Shown here: piece after piece, positions 50,976 to 63,473 of the stretch
How the letters are laid out: every line of letters starts with the position of its first letter
Numbering within the stretch: the first letter of the stretch is position 1
NCBI RefSeq assembly: GCF_036321535.1
Contig: NC_087436.1
Span: 116,810,001 to 116,874,000 of the forward strand
Reading direction: 5' to 3'
From: Camelus dromedarius
Taxonomy: Eukaryota
Length of the DNA: 64,000 bases
Notes under the pieces: generated by a model
What the model saw: only the letters and a program-made list of their open reading frames with translations
Database searches by the model: none
Told to the model about the DNA's origin: nothing
Made by a program: the position numbers and the translations under genes

Positions 50976-51949
50976 CTGCCAATAGCATCACTATTGATAG
51001 GCTGAGACCAACCTAAAACAAACACGAAACAGTGCCTCACTTTGAAAAGCAATTTCACAATGTTTAGTAAAATGTATGTACCCACTGCAGTAAGACTTCT
51101 AACTAAAATATGGCTAAATAGGAACTTACCTTTGATCCTTCTGGAAACTCCACTATAATGACAAAAAAGGAATTGAAAAGGCAAGAACATAGGATAAAGG
51201 AAATAGAAAGAAGAAAATATGATAGAAGAAGAAGAATGTCAAAATTTCAGATGAGGTAAATTAAATGGAAAAATAGTAACTGAGTTAACAAAATAGAAAA
51301 AACAAAAATGTAAGCTTGCTCAGAGGAAATTCAGCAAAAAAAACAAGCTGGTTCCCATCACAAAAGTCTGTAAAATCTCAAAAATTGGGGTCACTAGTTA
51401 TCCTTAAATACTGGTAAAGGGACTGTGGTGAAAAGGGGATTCACTGATGGTCATTACAAGTTATAATCAACATCTCTCTCTCCCTCCCTTTCCCTGGTGG
51501 CCATCCAAAGACTATTGCTACAGAAAATATTTACAATATAGAAAACAAATGCAAGATACTGCTGAGAGTGTGCTGTGCTAAAACACAGGGTTTAAATGAA
51601 AGTTTCATTCCAAATTTTTAGAATTCCAGCCCCTCTTAAAAACTTGGTTCCTGGGAGATAGAATCATAACCCTAAACCAAGAGAGCAGAGCAATTCTGCC
51701 ACAAATAGTGGCATGTGCTGGTCCCCAACAGAAGAGGCTGATCCTCACTGTGTCATGCTCCAGTAAGGTCCCACCCATAAACATACAAGTTCCAACTAGC
51801 ATTTTTGTGCCTCACTTTTCCATATGAAGAGTCGAGACCTTGGAGAAGAGTATCTAATATGAAACACATTGGAAAAAAAAAAGTATAAACCAGAAGAAAA
51901 ATTATTCAAAGGAAAGCTATAATGTGGGATGCTGAAGAAAACTAAAAGA

Positions 51950-53040
51950 GAAATAGTTAATATGATCAGAGAGATAAGACATGAGTCCACAAAATATGAA
52001 TAGAATGCTATTTAAATAAATAAATATTCAGAAGTAAAAACTGAGAGTACTAATAGAAAAAAATAGACAAAATCACAATGATAGTTGGAAATTTTAATAC
52101 ACATCTCTCAGAAATGGACAAAATAAGCAAGCAAAGATGAATGAAACCAAAGAAAATTTTAACAACACCAACAGCTGAGTAGACCTAATTGTCATTTACA
52201 GAGTAGTTCACAAAACAGCTATAGAATACACATTTTTTTCTTCTAGTTCACATAGAACATTCACCAAGAAGGAACACCTTCTGGGACCTAAAACAAGTTT
52301 CAATAAACTTCAAAGAACTAGAATAATATAGAATAAATAAATTTATTTAAAAATAAATTTCCCATATAGAAAAAGAGGAAGAAGGAGGAGGAGAAGAAGA
52401 AAAAGAAGAGGAAGAGGGAGAAGAAGAAGAAGAAGAAGAGGAAGAAGAAGAAGAATGAGGAGGAGGAAGAGGAGGAGGAGGAGGGGAGGAGGAGGAGAGG
52501 AAGGGGAAGAGGAAGGGGAAGAAGAAGAAGGAGAAGAAGGAGAAGGAGAAGAAGAAGGTGAAGGCGAAGAAGGGGAAGGAGAAGAAGAGGAGGAGGAAGA
52601 AGAGGAGGAGGAAGAAGAGGAAGAGGAAGAAGAAGAAGAATGAGGAGGAGGAAGAGGAGGAGGAGGAGGAGGAGGAGGAGAGGAAGGGGAAGAGGAAGGG
52701 GAAGAAGAAGAAGGAGAAGAAGGAGAAGGAGAAGAAGAAGGTGAAGGCGAAGAAGGGGAAGGAGAAGAAGAGGAGGAGGAAGAAGAGGAGGAGGAAGAAG
52801 AGGAAGAGGAGGAAGAGAAAGAAGAGGAAGATGAGGAAGAAGAGGAAGAAGAAGAAGGAGGAGGAGAAGAAGAAGAAGCAGCAACAGCAACAAAAATATA
52901 GAAATATTTCAGAATGAATGGTAATAAAACACAACATACCAAAATTTGAGGAATATAACCACTCTTTAAATAAAATTATTTAATGTAAGCATTTATAGCT
53001 TAAAAGCCTTAAATGTTTATATTAGAAAAGGTCCATAATC
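51950..53040 (+). mobile_element. Old L1 ORF2 endonuclease-region remnant, interrupted by a GA tract
   Basis: atagttggaaattttaatacacatctctcag...gacctaattgtcatttacagag...atagaacattcaccaag. Confidence 0.7.
52370..52890 (+). repeat. ~520-bp purine (GAA/GAG/GGA) tract with ~183-185-bp tandem duplication
   Basis: Near-pure A/G strand. Landmarks aatgagg (52454/52639) and gtgaaggcgaag (52558/52741) recur. Confidence 0.95.
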
Positions 53041-55610
53041 AATCCTCCTCAAACTCTTCCAAAGAATTGAAGAGAGGAACATACTCTCAAACTCATCTAT
53101 GAGGCTTGCATTGCACCGATATCAAAATCAAAGACATAACAAGAAAAAACAAAACAGTACAGGCCAATAACCTTGATGAATATTGATGTAATAATCTTCA
53201 ACAAAATACTACCAAACTGAACTCAACAGCACTTTAAGAGCACTTAAGATTACACACTATTGAGCAAGTGGAATTCATACTTGGAATGCAAGGGTTGTTC
53301 AACATATGAAAATCATTAAATGTAATAGACCACATCATACCAGAATAAAGGACAAAACCCACATGATCATCTCAACTGATGCAGAAAAAGCTTGATAAAA
53401 TTCAACACCCTTTCATGATATTAAAAAAAAAACATTCAATATATTAGGAATGGAAGAAAAATGCTTCAACATACTAAAATCCATATAAAAAAGCCCACAG
53501 CTAAGATCATACTCAATTGTGAAAGATGGAAAAGTTTTCCTCTAAGATCAAGAGCAAAGCAAGATTACCCACCTTTGCCACCATTATTCAACATAGTACT
53601 GGAAGTCCTAGGCAGGGCACCATCTAAACTGGAAAGGAAGAAGTATATTATCTCTGTTCTCAGATGGCCTGCTCTTATATCTAAATAACCCTAAACATTC
53701 CACAGGGGGAAAAAAACCTGTTGAAACTAATAAATGATTTCAGCAAAGTTGCAGGATACAAAATCAACACTCAAAAATCAGTTGTGTTTCTATACACTTA
53801 CAATGAAAAGCTTGAAAGAGAAATTAGGAAAATAACCACATTTACAACAGTATCAAAAATAATAAAATATTTAAGAAAAAAAACTTAACCAAATGGGGTC
53901 AGGGGAGCTTGGTGAAAGACTTGTACACTGAGAACTACAAAATACTATTGCTAAAAGAAATCAAAGAAGATACAAATAAATGGAAAGACATCTTGCGTTT
54001 ATGGATTGGATGACTTATTATTGTTAAAATTCCCATACTGCCCAAAGTGATCTACAGATTCAAAGCAATTCCTTTCAAAATCCCAATGGCATATTTTTGC
54101 AGAAATTTTTAAAAATCCTAAAATTCATAAGGAATCTCAAGGGATCCCAAACAGTCAAAACAATCTTGAAAAAGAATGAAGTTGGAGTCCCCACACTTCC
54201 TGATTTCAAAACATACTACAAAATAACAGAAACTAAGACAATGTGGTACCAGCATAAAGACAGACATATAGACCAATGGAACAGAACTGAGAGCCCATAA
54301 ATGCAGCCTGGCATAGAAAACCAAGTGATCTTCGACAAGGGTACTAAAACTATACACTGGGGAAAGGACAGTCTTTTCAACAAATGATGTCTGGAAAACT
54401 GGATATTCACATGCAAATGAATGAAGTTAGACCCTTATCTTAAACCATATACAAAAATTAACTCAAAATAGGTTACAGAACTAAACATAAGGTCTAAAAC
54501 TATAAAATTCCTGGAAGAAAACATAAGATAAAAGCTTCAGGACATTGGATTTGGCAATGATTTCTGTGGATATGACACCATAAGGAGCAAAAAATTTCAA
54601 ATGTGACTGCATCAAACTTAAAAACTTCTGTGCAACGAAGGAAAGAGTGGAGGGGCAACCTGCATAATGGGAGAAAACATCTGCAAACCACACATATCTG
54701 ATAAGGAGTAAATACCCATAGAAATACAAAGAAATCTTATAACCCAACCACAACAAACAAATAATCTGATTTTTTTAAATGGGTAAAGGACTTGAATAGA
54801 CATTTCTCCAAAGAATAAATACAAATTGTCAACAAGCACATGAAAACATCACTAAGTGTAAACATCACTAATCATCAGAGAGATACAAATCAAAATCTCA
54901 CAGCCATTAGTAGACTCACTAAAAAATAAAAATAAAAAAGGGAAAAAAACAGAAATAACAAGTGCTGGCAAGGATGAGGAGAAACTGGAACTCTGTGCAC
55001 TGTTTGTGGGAATGTAAAATGGTTTTGCTGATGTGGAAAACAATATAGAAGCTGCTCAAAAAATTAAAAATAGAATTACCATATGATCCGCAATCCCATT
55101 TGCTGGTATATATACAAAATAATTGAAAAAAGGATCTTGAAGAGATATTTGCACATCTATATTCATTGCAGCATTATTCACAATAGTCATGAGGTGGAAG
55201 CAACCTAAATGTCCATCAAGGAATGAATAAATAAATTAATGTGGTATATCCATACAATGGAACATTACTCAGCTTTAAAAAGGAATGAAATTCTGTCATA
55301 CATGAATGAACCTTCAGAACTTATGCTATGTGAAATAAGCCAGTCATAAAAACACAAATAATGCATGATACCACTTGTATGAGGTATCTAAAGTAGTCAA
55401 ACGCATAGAAACAGAAAGCAGCATGTGGTTACCAAAAGCTGAGGGGAAGAAGGAAATGGGGAGTTGTTGCTTAATGAGTATATAGTTTCAGTTTTGCAAG
55501 ATGAAAAAATTATAGAGATCTGTTGCACAAAACTGTGCAAATAGTTAACATCACTGTACTGTGTACTTAAAAGTGGTTGTTGGTACATTTTATGTTATGT
55601 GAATTTACAC
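53040..55610 (+). mobile_element. L1 (L1MA/MB-like), ~2.6 kb: degenerate ORF2 RT-to-C-terminus plus 3' UTR
   Basis: ORF2 remnants ([47 protein letters not shown]) with many stops. 3' UTR ends gtacattttatgttatgtgaattt. Confidence 0.9.
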
Positions 55611-55717
55611 AATTTTATTTTATTTTGTTTTGTGTTTAGTTTTTTCTGTTTTTTTCTAATGGAGGTACTGGCTAAGCATGCTAGCATGAGCTCTACCACT
55701 GAGCTATAAGCCTCCCC
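55611..55717 (-). mobile_element. Vic-1-like camelid tRNA-derived SINE with internal deletion
   Basis: Minus strand reads GGGGAGGCTTATAGCTCAGTGGTAGAGCTCATGCTAGCATGCTTAGCCAGTACCTCC plus an A-rich tail. The A-box is present and the B-box is absent. Confidence 0.8.
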
Positions 55718-55799
55718 AATACCAAAATTTTCAATAAATGAAAAAAGCAATAGACAAAATATGTGTGTGTATGTGTGTAAACATATATAAAGGTATCTT

Positions 55800-57940
55800 A
55801 TGACCAAGTAGGATTTACCCTAGAAATACAATGTTGGTTTAACATTTGAAAATCAATGCAATTTGCCACATTAACAAATTAAATGAGAAAATTATTTGAT
55901 CATCTCAACAAATGCACAGAAGTATTTGAAAATAATTCACCAATAATTAATAATAAAACTACTAGCAAGTTAGAAATAGAAAATTTACTCATTTTGATTA
56001 ACAGGATCTACCAAAAAAAAAAAAAACAAAACAAAACCCTTCAGCTAACATGATATTTAATCTGAAATGTGAAACACTGAAAAGGAAAGGATTAAGTGGC
56101 ATCTTTAATCCATTCTTCCCTGTTACTTGGGAGAAACCCCTGGAAAAGATAGAAGACAGGTTACCTGATTCAACTTCCTTATAAACATGAAACAATAAGC
56201 CTGCTGATAAAGAATCTAATGGCATTTGCTGGCAGGAGAATCCTTACCTATAGAATACATTTTGAAGGATGGATAGGCTTGTTTGTTATAAATAACCTAG
56301 AGCCTATGGATTTACGGAGTACTGCTCCCTGGAAAATGCCATATAACTATCTAAGTATAAAACAGAGATGTTCCATGACTTACATGGTTCACTTATGTAC
56401 AATAATGTGAACTTCACTCATTACTTTAAAAAGCACAAGAAAAAAATCTGATGTGGCAAGGAGAAAGGACCTGGAGAGCTCTGTCAATGGTTCTGAACCT
56501 GTTCTTGATTTATCCATGTAATTAGACTACTATCTTTTAAATTATAAGTAAAGCTTAATACTGGTTAACATTTCTAATCTGTGTGTGTCTGCTTTGATGA
56601 TATGATGTTTGTGTTATCTCAAATATATCGACATTAAAATCAGGAATAGGCAGGAATAGGCAAAGATGTTTGCTCTCAACACTTCTATTTATCATTGTAC
56701 TAGAAGTTCTAGCTAGTGCCATAAGGCAAGAAAAAAATAACAAATAAAAGACAAGTAGATAAAAAAGGAGGAAGTAAAACTGTCTTTATTCAAAGAAGAT
56801 CTGCTTCTGTGTGTTAAAAAAATTCTAAGAAATCTATAAAACAAATGATTAGAATAATAAATTTAGCAAAGCCAAAGGACAGAAGGTCAATATACAAAAA
56901 GTAATTATATTTCTATATCTCAGAAACTACTGATTGGAAAATAATTTTAATTCCATTTTGAATAGCATTAATGTATTTGAGAATAAACTAAATAAAAATG
57001 TGTAGTATCTCACCACTAAAACTAAAACAATTGCCAAAAGAATTTAAAGAAGAGCTAAATAAATGGAGAAAGGTACCATATTCATAGACTAGAAGACTAT
57101 ATTGTTGACATGTCACTTCTCCCCATATTTATCTAAAAATCAGGCTTCTGTAGAAATAAAAAGGTGATTCTAAAATTCATATGAAATTGCACAGAATGTT
57201 AAGTCTAACTAAAATAATCTTGAAAAAGAAGAACAAAGCTGAAGGACTTACACACCTTGATTTCAAGACATTATATTAAAGCCACAGTAACTAAAGCAGT
57301 ATGGTATCAACAGGAATAAAAATCAGTCGATCAATGGAAGTAGGTCCAGATCCATAAACAGTCCCACATATGTGGTCAACTAATTTTTGGCAAAAATACC
57401 AAAGTTATTCAGTAGAGGAAGGTTAGTTTGTTCTGTAGTGGTGCTGAAAAAACTAGGCATCCAAAAGGATGAAAAAGAAATGAACTCAATCTCACACCAT
57501 ATAAAACAAACAAAAACATAGATATGGATTATAGATATAAATGTGAAAGCTAAAACTATAAAACTGCTAGAAGAAAACAGGCACATACTTTTGACTTTGG
57601 GTAGGCGATGATTTCTTTGTTGTGACAGCAAAAGCAAACAGCCATAAAGGAAAAATCTTGATAAACTGGATCCCATTAAAAAAAAAATAAGTTGGATTTT
57701 ATCAAAATTAAAACTTTCTGTTCTTCAGAACAGACTATTAAAAAAATAAAAGTCAATCCTCAAGTTGGGAGAAAATATTATACATACAGTTGGTATATAG
57801 TTCATATCTAAAAAATATAAAGAACTTGCACAAAGCCATTATAAACAGACTTGAATAAACACTTCACAAAATAAGATACATAAATGGCCAATAAACATAT
57901 GAACAGATGCTTCACATTATTAGTCATTAAAGAAATGAGA
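55800..57940 (+). mobile_element. Older L1 ORF2 remnant, interrupted by a non-L1 insert at ~56085-56638
   Basis: atgaccaagtaggattt...tgatcatctcaacaaatgca; tactagaagttctagc; taaatggccaataaacatatgaacagatg. Confidence 0.8.
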
Positions 57941-58126
57941 CCAGTTGAGTATGGTTGTCTCTGGAGAGTCAAAATTAGAAAAAGTTGATGAGGAGGAAGG
58001 AAGATGGCTCTTATTTTTCATCATAATTTTTTAGTACTATTTGACTTTCCAAAACTAAGGATGTATGTGTGTAACTTTTTAAAACAAATATTAATTTTTT
58101 TAAATGAGCATGTGCTAAGAAGCCAA

Positions 58127-58612
58127 TGTGTCAGTCTGGTCCTTACAGAAAACAGAATTTATCCCAAATGTTCAAACCAAGAGCTTTTCATGAAGAGAGT
58201 AATTAGAGAGGAATAGACAGGGTGAAGGAAACAATGGATGGTGAGATACCCAGAAACCAGCAGCAGTGGGAATCTGTCATCTTGCTTAGGGCTGATTGGA
58301 TGAGGAGAGGAAATAGAGGTGGTGGAGCCATCAGAGCTGGAACAGGGGAGGAGGAGCTTCCCAGATGGAGCTGCAGTCATGGAGGGACAGGGGCCACTGC
58401 CATACGTATGACACTGATATAAAGAGAAAGTGAAGCGAAAATATCTAGCCGCCTCTTGGCTGTCCTCTAATGTCCTGCCAGTGCTTCTCATTGGCTAAAC
58501 CTAGTGAGAAGGCAGTAGGTAGCGCTGTACACAGGGATCAGCATCTCAGGACAGAGCAGTCAAATAAGGATGGAGAATGGGCTGGAGGAAGCCAGTGGAG
58601 GATAACCAGCAA
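58127..58612. mobile_element. MaLR LTR relic (MLT1K/L-like)
   Basis: tgtcagtctggtccttacagaaaacaga...ctcattggctaaaccta...gaggataaccagca. Confidence 0.5.
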
Positions 58613-59159
58613 ATCAGCAATTCCACGTTTTAGATACCCATTGGAGAAACTCTTGCACACTTGTGATGAGACATGCACAAAAAGACTTGCAGAAAGATGT
58701 TCCTTTTAGCGTTGTCTGTATTAGCAAATCATCATGTCCCCCTGGCAGAAAACTACACAGCTACGAAGAGGAAAAGGCTAGATTCTATATTTCAATGTAA
58801 ATAGGTCTCAGAAACAAATATACAACACTATCTCAGTAAATTTTGAGAGTACATAAAGCAATACCATCTATTGTTCATGGGTACATATAAAATATAGAAA
58901 GTATGAAGCATAGATTATATGTGTAGACATTACATATAGGATATGTATGAAAGGGAATGAGACTGGAAAGAGGAAAAAAACAATAATGAACTACATTTCA
59001 AGAACCCTCATATGTGCCAAATACAGTTTGAAGCACTTCAGATGTATTGTTTTCTTAAATCTTCTCAGCAAGCCTGTCAGTTAGTGGCCATTATAATCCC
59101 TAATTTTTAGAAGATGACTATGAAGCACAGAAAGACCAGCTACCTTCCAAGGTTCCTCA

Positions 59160-59950
59160 TTCACCCTTTCCTTTATTCAGAAAGTGTTTATTGAGTTTCA
59201 TGCTATGCCAGGCACTATTCCAGGCACTAAGATGACAGCAGAAACAAAACCACACTCTCCTCCAGCTACCTTCTAAGGGTGGGAGAAAGACAACAGACAT
59301 AAATGATAAACCTAGAAATTATACATTATAAAGTCTGTTAGGGGAAATTCAGGGTCATGGAGAAATGAATTAGGGGAGGGGAGAGGAAGTGCTGGACTGT
59401 CGGCAGTTTTAAATAGGGCATCAGGGAAGGCTTTGCTAGAAGGTAACATTAGCTAGAACTGTGAAGAAGATGAAGACGTGGATTTGTGGGGCAAGAGCAG
59501 TCCAGGCAGAGGGAACAGCTGGTGTTAGGGCCCGAGCAGGCACGTGCCAAGCAAGTTCATGGAATAGCCAAGAGACCTGTCTGTCTGTCTGTCCCTCCCT
59601 CTCGCACGTGCACACACAAACTTTTGTCCCACCAAGCATCCCAAGTGCCTATAACAGTGCCCAGCACATAGTAGGCGTTCAATATACATTTGAGGAATGA
59701 ATGACTGACTAGCTGAGATGGAGACTAATAGGAGTGAAGTCAGAGAAGCTTTAAGAGCCGGATCATGTAGAATTTGGAGCCACTTTAAAGACTGGCTTTG
59801 ACTTTGAAGGGGATGAGCAGCCCCTGGAGAGATTCGAACACGACCCAACTTAAGTCTTAAAAGGATGACTCTGGCTGCTGAGCTGAGAACAGACTGAAGG
59901 GGATCAGGGCAAAAGTAAGGGAAGCCACTGAAATCATCCAAGCACGGGGT
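59160..59950 (-). mobile_element. L2 fragments (with a short opposite-strand piece ~59630-59705)
   Basis: gtgtttattgag...tgccaggcactattccaggcact; ttaaaaggatgactctggctgct. Confidence 0.65.
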
Positions 59951-60499
59951 GCTGCTCTCTTGGACCGGGATGCAGCTACAGAGGGGAGATACGATCTCTG
60001 TTTTGAAGAGAGCCAGGAAGAGAGGAGCTCGGAAAGATGTCCTGAAAGACGGAGCTCAGATTCAATCCAGGGAGTCTGAGTCCAGAGCCATCCCAGCTGC
60101 TTAAACCAAGCAGTTTGCTGAGAAATGAAGGAGCTGAAGGCAACCCACTGGGCCTTGTAGTGTAAACTGAAGAGTAAGCTCTGTTCTCTGGCACTTCTGG
60201 CCATGGCAGCCGATAAGGAGCTTCTGTGTGAACTGGGAGGCGCCCTTCAGCAGATCCCTTTGTGAAATGCACCAGTTAGAGGTCAGACACTGCTGGATTT
60301 CACCTCCCTGCCCTCCCTGTTGCCCCAGCAGTTCCTTTGCCTCAACCCTGCACCAAGCGCGTCCTGATGGTTACTTCCTGGGACTGCTGGGCCACCATGA
60401 TGGTGATGCACCAGTCACTGAAGAGGTCGCTTGATCAAATCAGTCCAATTCTATACCCCTCAGGACCAGCATAAAAGGAAAAAAGTTACATTTCATATG

Positions 60500-61850
60500 G
60501 AGGATAAATGTTAAAGAATAGCTAAGAAAACGCTACTGGAGAAAAATAGTGGGGAGGAGGGGAGGCAATCTTCCTTTACCAGATTTTTTTTTAAACATAA
60601 AGCCACTGTAACCAAAACATACTGGGAGTTCACAAATAGGAAACTTAAGATGTGATAAAGGGAAACACAAGTCAGTGGGGAAAGGGTGGTTTGTTTAAAC
60701 AAAAATTGTTGGAACAATTGCCCGTCAAACCGGGAAGGAAAGGTAGATCCTTCCTTTGACCTACATGAAAAATAAATAATTTCCATGATGATTGATAAAA
60801 ATATATAAAAGGTAAAAACATACAAAAATAACTAGAAGAAAACCTATGAAAACATTTGCATGGCATTTGTGGCAGCGGTGTGTGTTGTGGGGAGGGGGGC
60901 TTCTTAAGCAAGACAGGAAAGGCAAAGAAAAAGGGAAATGAAGAAACAGTTGACTATGTAAACGTTTAAAACACGACCAAAAAGACAATAAGCAAAGTCA
61001 GAAAACAAAGCATAGACTGTGAAAAATCTTTAAAGCACATACATCAAGTAAATTGTTCCTGTGTATATATACTATATAAGTAACTCCTGTAACTTGACAA
61101 TAGGACACATAGTCCAACTGAAAAACAGACAAAGGACACAAATAGTCGTTTTATAAAAGGGGAAATCCTGATGCTCAAAGACACATGAAAAGAAGCTCAG
61201 CTTCACAAAGATCAAGGAAACGCCAATTAAAGTAACAAAGAGTTAACTTTTTGCCAACAGGTGGCAGAAAGTTCAGAAGAATGTCACACCCAGCGCTAGT
61301 TGCGGGGGGGGGGGGGGACGGACATGTAGGGGGCGCAATCCAGAGGTTCTACAGATTGTTATTAACAACGGGCACTGGAATTACCGCCACTTTTTGAAAA
61401 TTATTTTGGCAAACTCTGTTAAAATTAAAAATATACATATCCTACTAACCAAATCTAGTTCTGGAAATTCATCCTATAGAATTAAATTCTACAGAATTAA
61501 AAGTATATTTACCAAAGCAAGATATATAAAAGGTATTTATTGAAACATTGTCTGCCAAGTAACAAAACAAAAAGAAATTAAAATTCATTAATAAAAGGGT
61601 GGTTGAGGTAACTGGAGTGTATCCAGGCTGTGGAATATTATGCAACTATTTAAAAGAATGCTTTAGTGTTGCATCAGGTTTCCTATTCGGATATTTATTA
61701 TGGGTTGTAAGCAATAAAAGCACCTTGCCGAGAAATGGGGAATACAATTATTCTATGTTTATTAAAACAACTACATCCATAACATGTATGTGGCTTTTTT
61801 TAAATATATTATGGTTATATAATAATGCACTAGGTTATTAAAATCTGTTA
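60500..61850 (+). mobile_element. Very old L1 (L1ME-like) ORF2 3' and UTR remnant
   Basis: taaagccactgtaaccaaaaca..., acacatgaaaagaagctcagcttcac..., tggaatattatgcaactatttaaaagaatg. Confidence 0.6.
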
Positions 61851-61924
61851 GAGGTGGGATGGGGACATGTTTGAGAAAAGACAGATGATTTTGAGACAGA
61901 TGAAGGCAGAAGAGAATGTACAAC

Positions 61925-62062
61925 ATAAAAAACACCTATAATGAAAAAGGATATGAAAAAGAATATATATATATATATATACACACGTATGTAACAGAAT
62001 CACTATGCTGTATACAAGAAACTAACACAACATTGTAAATCAACTATGCTTCAATAAAAAAC
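61925..62062 (+). mobile_element. Short L1 3' end with (TA)n
   Basis: acctataatgaaaaaggatatgaaaaagaata(TA)n...ctaacacaacattgtaaatcaactatgcttcaataaaaa. Confidence 0.8.
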
Positions 62063-62730
62063 AAACTGGCACTGTGTAAGAGAAAGAGTAGACTAGAAAA
62101 TCCTGTTAATATAACAGCAAATGTATAAAATTAATATGCATGTGAACAAGGCTAGAAGGTAAATGGGAAAATGGGAACATTATCTTGATTGGTTACAAAA
62201 AAGAAGAATCGATGTCATTCTTTGATACCAAGTCTCATGAGGCATCCTCCTAAAATGGTGTTATCTATTTTGTCAACAGTCAATACCTCTTTGCAATTTC
62301 TCACGATATTTGCAAGCAATCACCATTATTCACCAAGTCTTTTTTTCCAAATCTATACACAATGTAAATCCCCCATCTTATCTTCTCTTAAAAAAAAATA
62401 TCTGGAACCTAAAGTGTTAGTTCTTCCCCTCCCTCTCTTTTGGCAACATACTTAGCATTTTTAAAGAGTAGTTATTATGAATCTGGAGAAATTCAACTTC
62501 AGTTTGAAACTAAAGTTAAAAAAAATTATCCAAATTTCTTATAGCAAAATAAACACATTTAAAATACTAGCTAAAATTGAAGTCTGGATGTAGAAAAATA
62601 AATATTCATATTTAGTAATAACATAATAAAAATAAAATAACCTATTATGTATCAACAGTTTTATCATCTTATTTAATCCATAAATATGCAATGTCATCTT
62701 ATTTACTCTCCACAGATATCAGGAGGTACC

Positions 62731-63188
62731 TGTGAGGCAGATTTTATTATTTCCAACCCAGAATTTATGATTTTGGCTCCTCTGTACTCATGGCCAAGTG
62801 TGAACAATTAAGAAAGCTCTGTCCTTATAAATACTGTCCCCATCTGGGTAGATCCCCTAGACTTATGGGTAGAAAGTTCAATGGAAATTTACTGACCCTG
62901 AGACCAGGGTTTATGGCATATATTTTGGAGGTTCAAATCCAAAGATAAAGTCCATCCTATGTGACCAAAGAAGAGCTCTGGCAGCTGCTTCTGGAATCCC
63001 CAGCATCTCTGCGTTTGCTTCCTCCTGCTCCCCCACAACCTTTACCTTTAATAAGGCTCTGCATGAAGATACCCTGTGAGGTCTCATGAGTCCTTTCAAT
63101 TATCCAACACTGCAGCAGTGACTCACACTGAAAAGTGAGCTATTAGCCAACTAACTTGTGTGGAATCCAACCATGCCCCATTCTCACA
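62731..63188 (+). mobile_element. Probable old ERV solo LTR (family uncertain)
   Basis: TGTGAG...CTCACA termini. ctttaataagg...ctgtgaggtctcatgagtcctttc resembles an LTR R/U5 region. Confidence 0.4.
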
Positions 63189-63296
63189 CAGTCACTGAAC
63201 AATGGTTGTCAGAGTGGTCAGGAATCCACCCTTCTACATGCCGTTATGTTCTTCAAGGGGTGGGTCCAGCCTCAGGTTCAAAGAATGGATCCTGCT

Positions 63297-63473
63297 GAGG
63301 ACCAGCTACAGAATTCACAGAGTCCGGTGCAAAATAAAAATGGGGTCTCGTTATTCAAAAGTTATGAAAAATTTCGAAATGGTGACAGCAGAGCATTAAA
63401 CCAAGTGTAAGACCCTTCTGAACACGGGATCCTATGTGACTGCACAGGTCATGGGCACATGAAGCCAGCTCTG
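63297..63473 (-). mobile_element. MER45A (hAT-Tip100 MITE)
   Basis: accagctacagaatt...gtgcaaaataaaaatg...acagcagagcattaaaccaag...gtgactgcacaggtc...catgaagccagctctg is the reverse of the MER45A consensus. Confidence 0.8.

Noticed and set aside
52318..52942. Long ORFs (up to 199 aa; poly-S/L/F/E/K) on both strands
   Set aside because: Artefacts of the stop-poor GA repeat. No splice or gene context.
53040..55610. Possible active L1 or intact reverse transcriptase
   Set aside because: 5'-truncated, with many stops and frameshifts. Only short ORF remnants remain.
55660..55717. tRNA gene
   Set aside because: No T-arm or B-box and an A-rich tail, so it is a SINE.
61304..61317. G14 homopolymer (G-quadruplex potential)
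   Set aside because: Simple run inside an old L1 with no supporting context. Its length is also sequencing-error prone.
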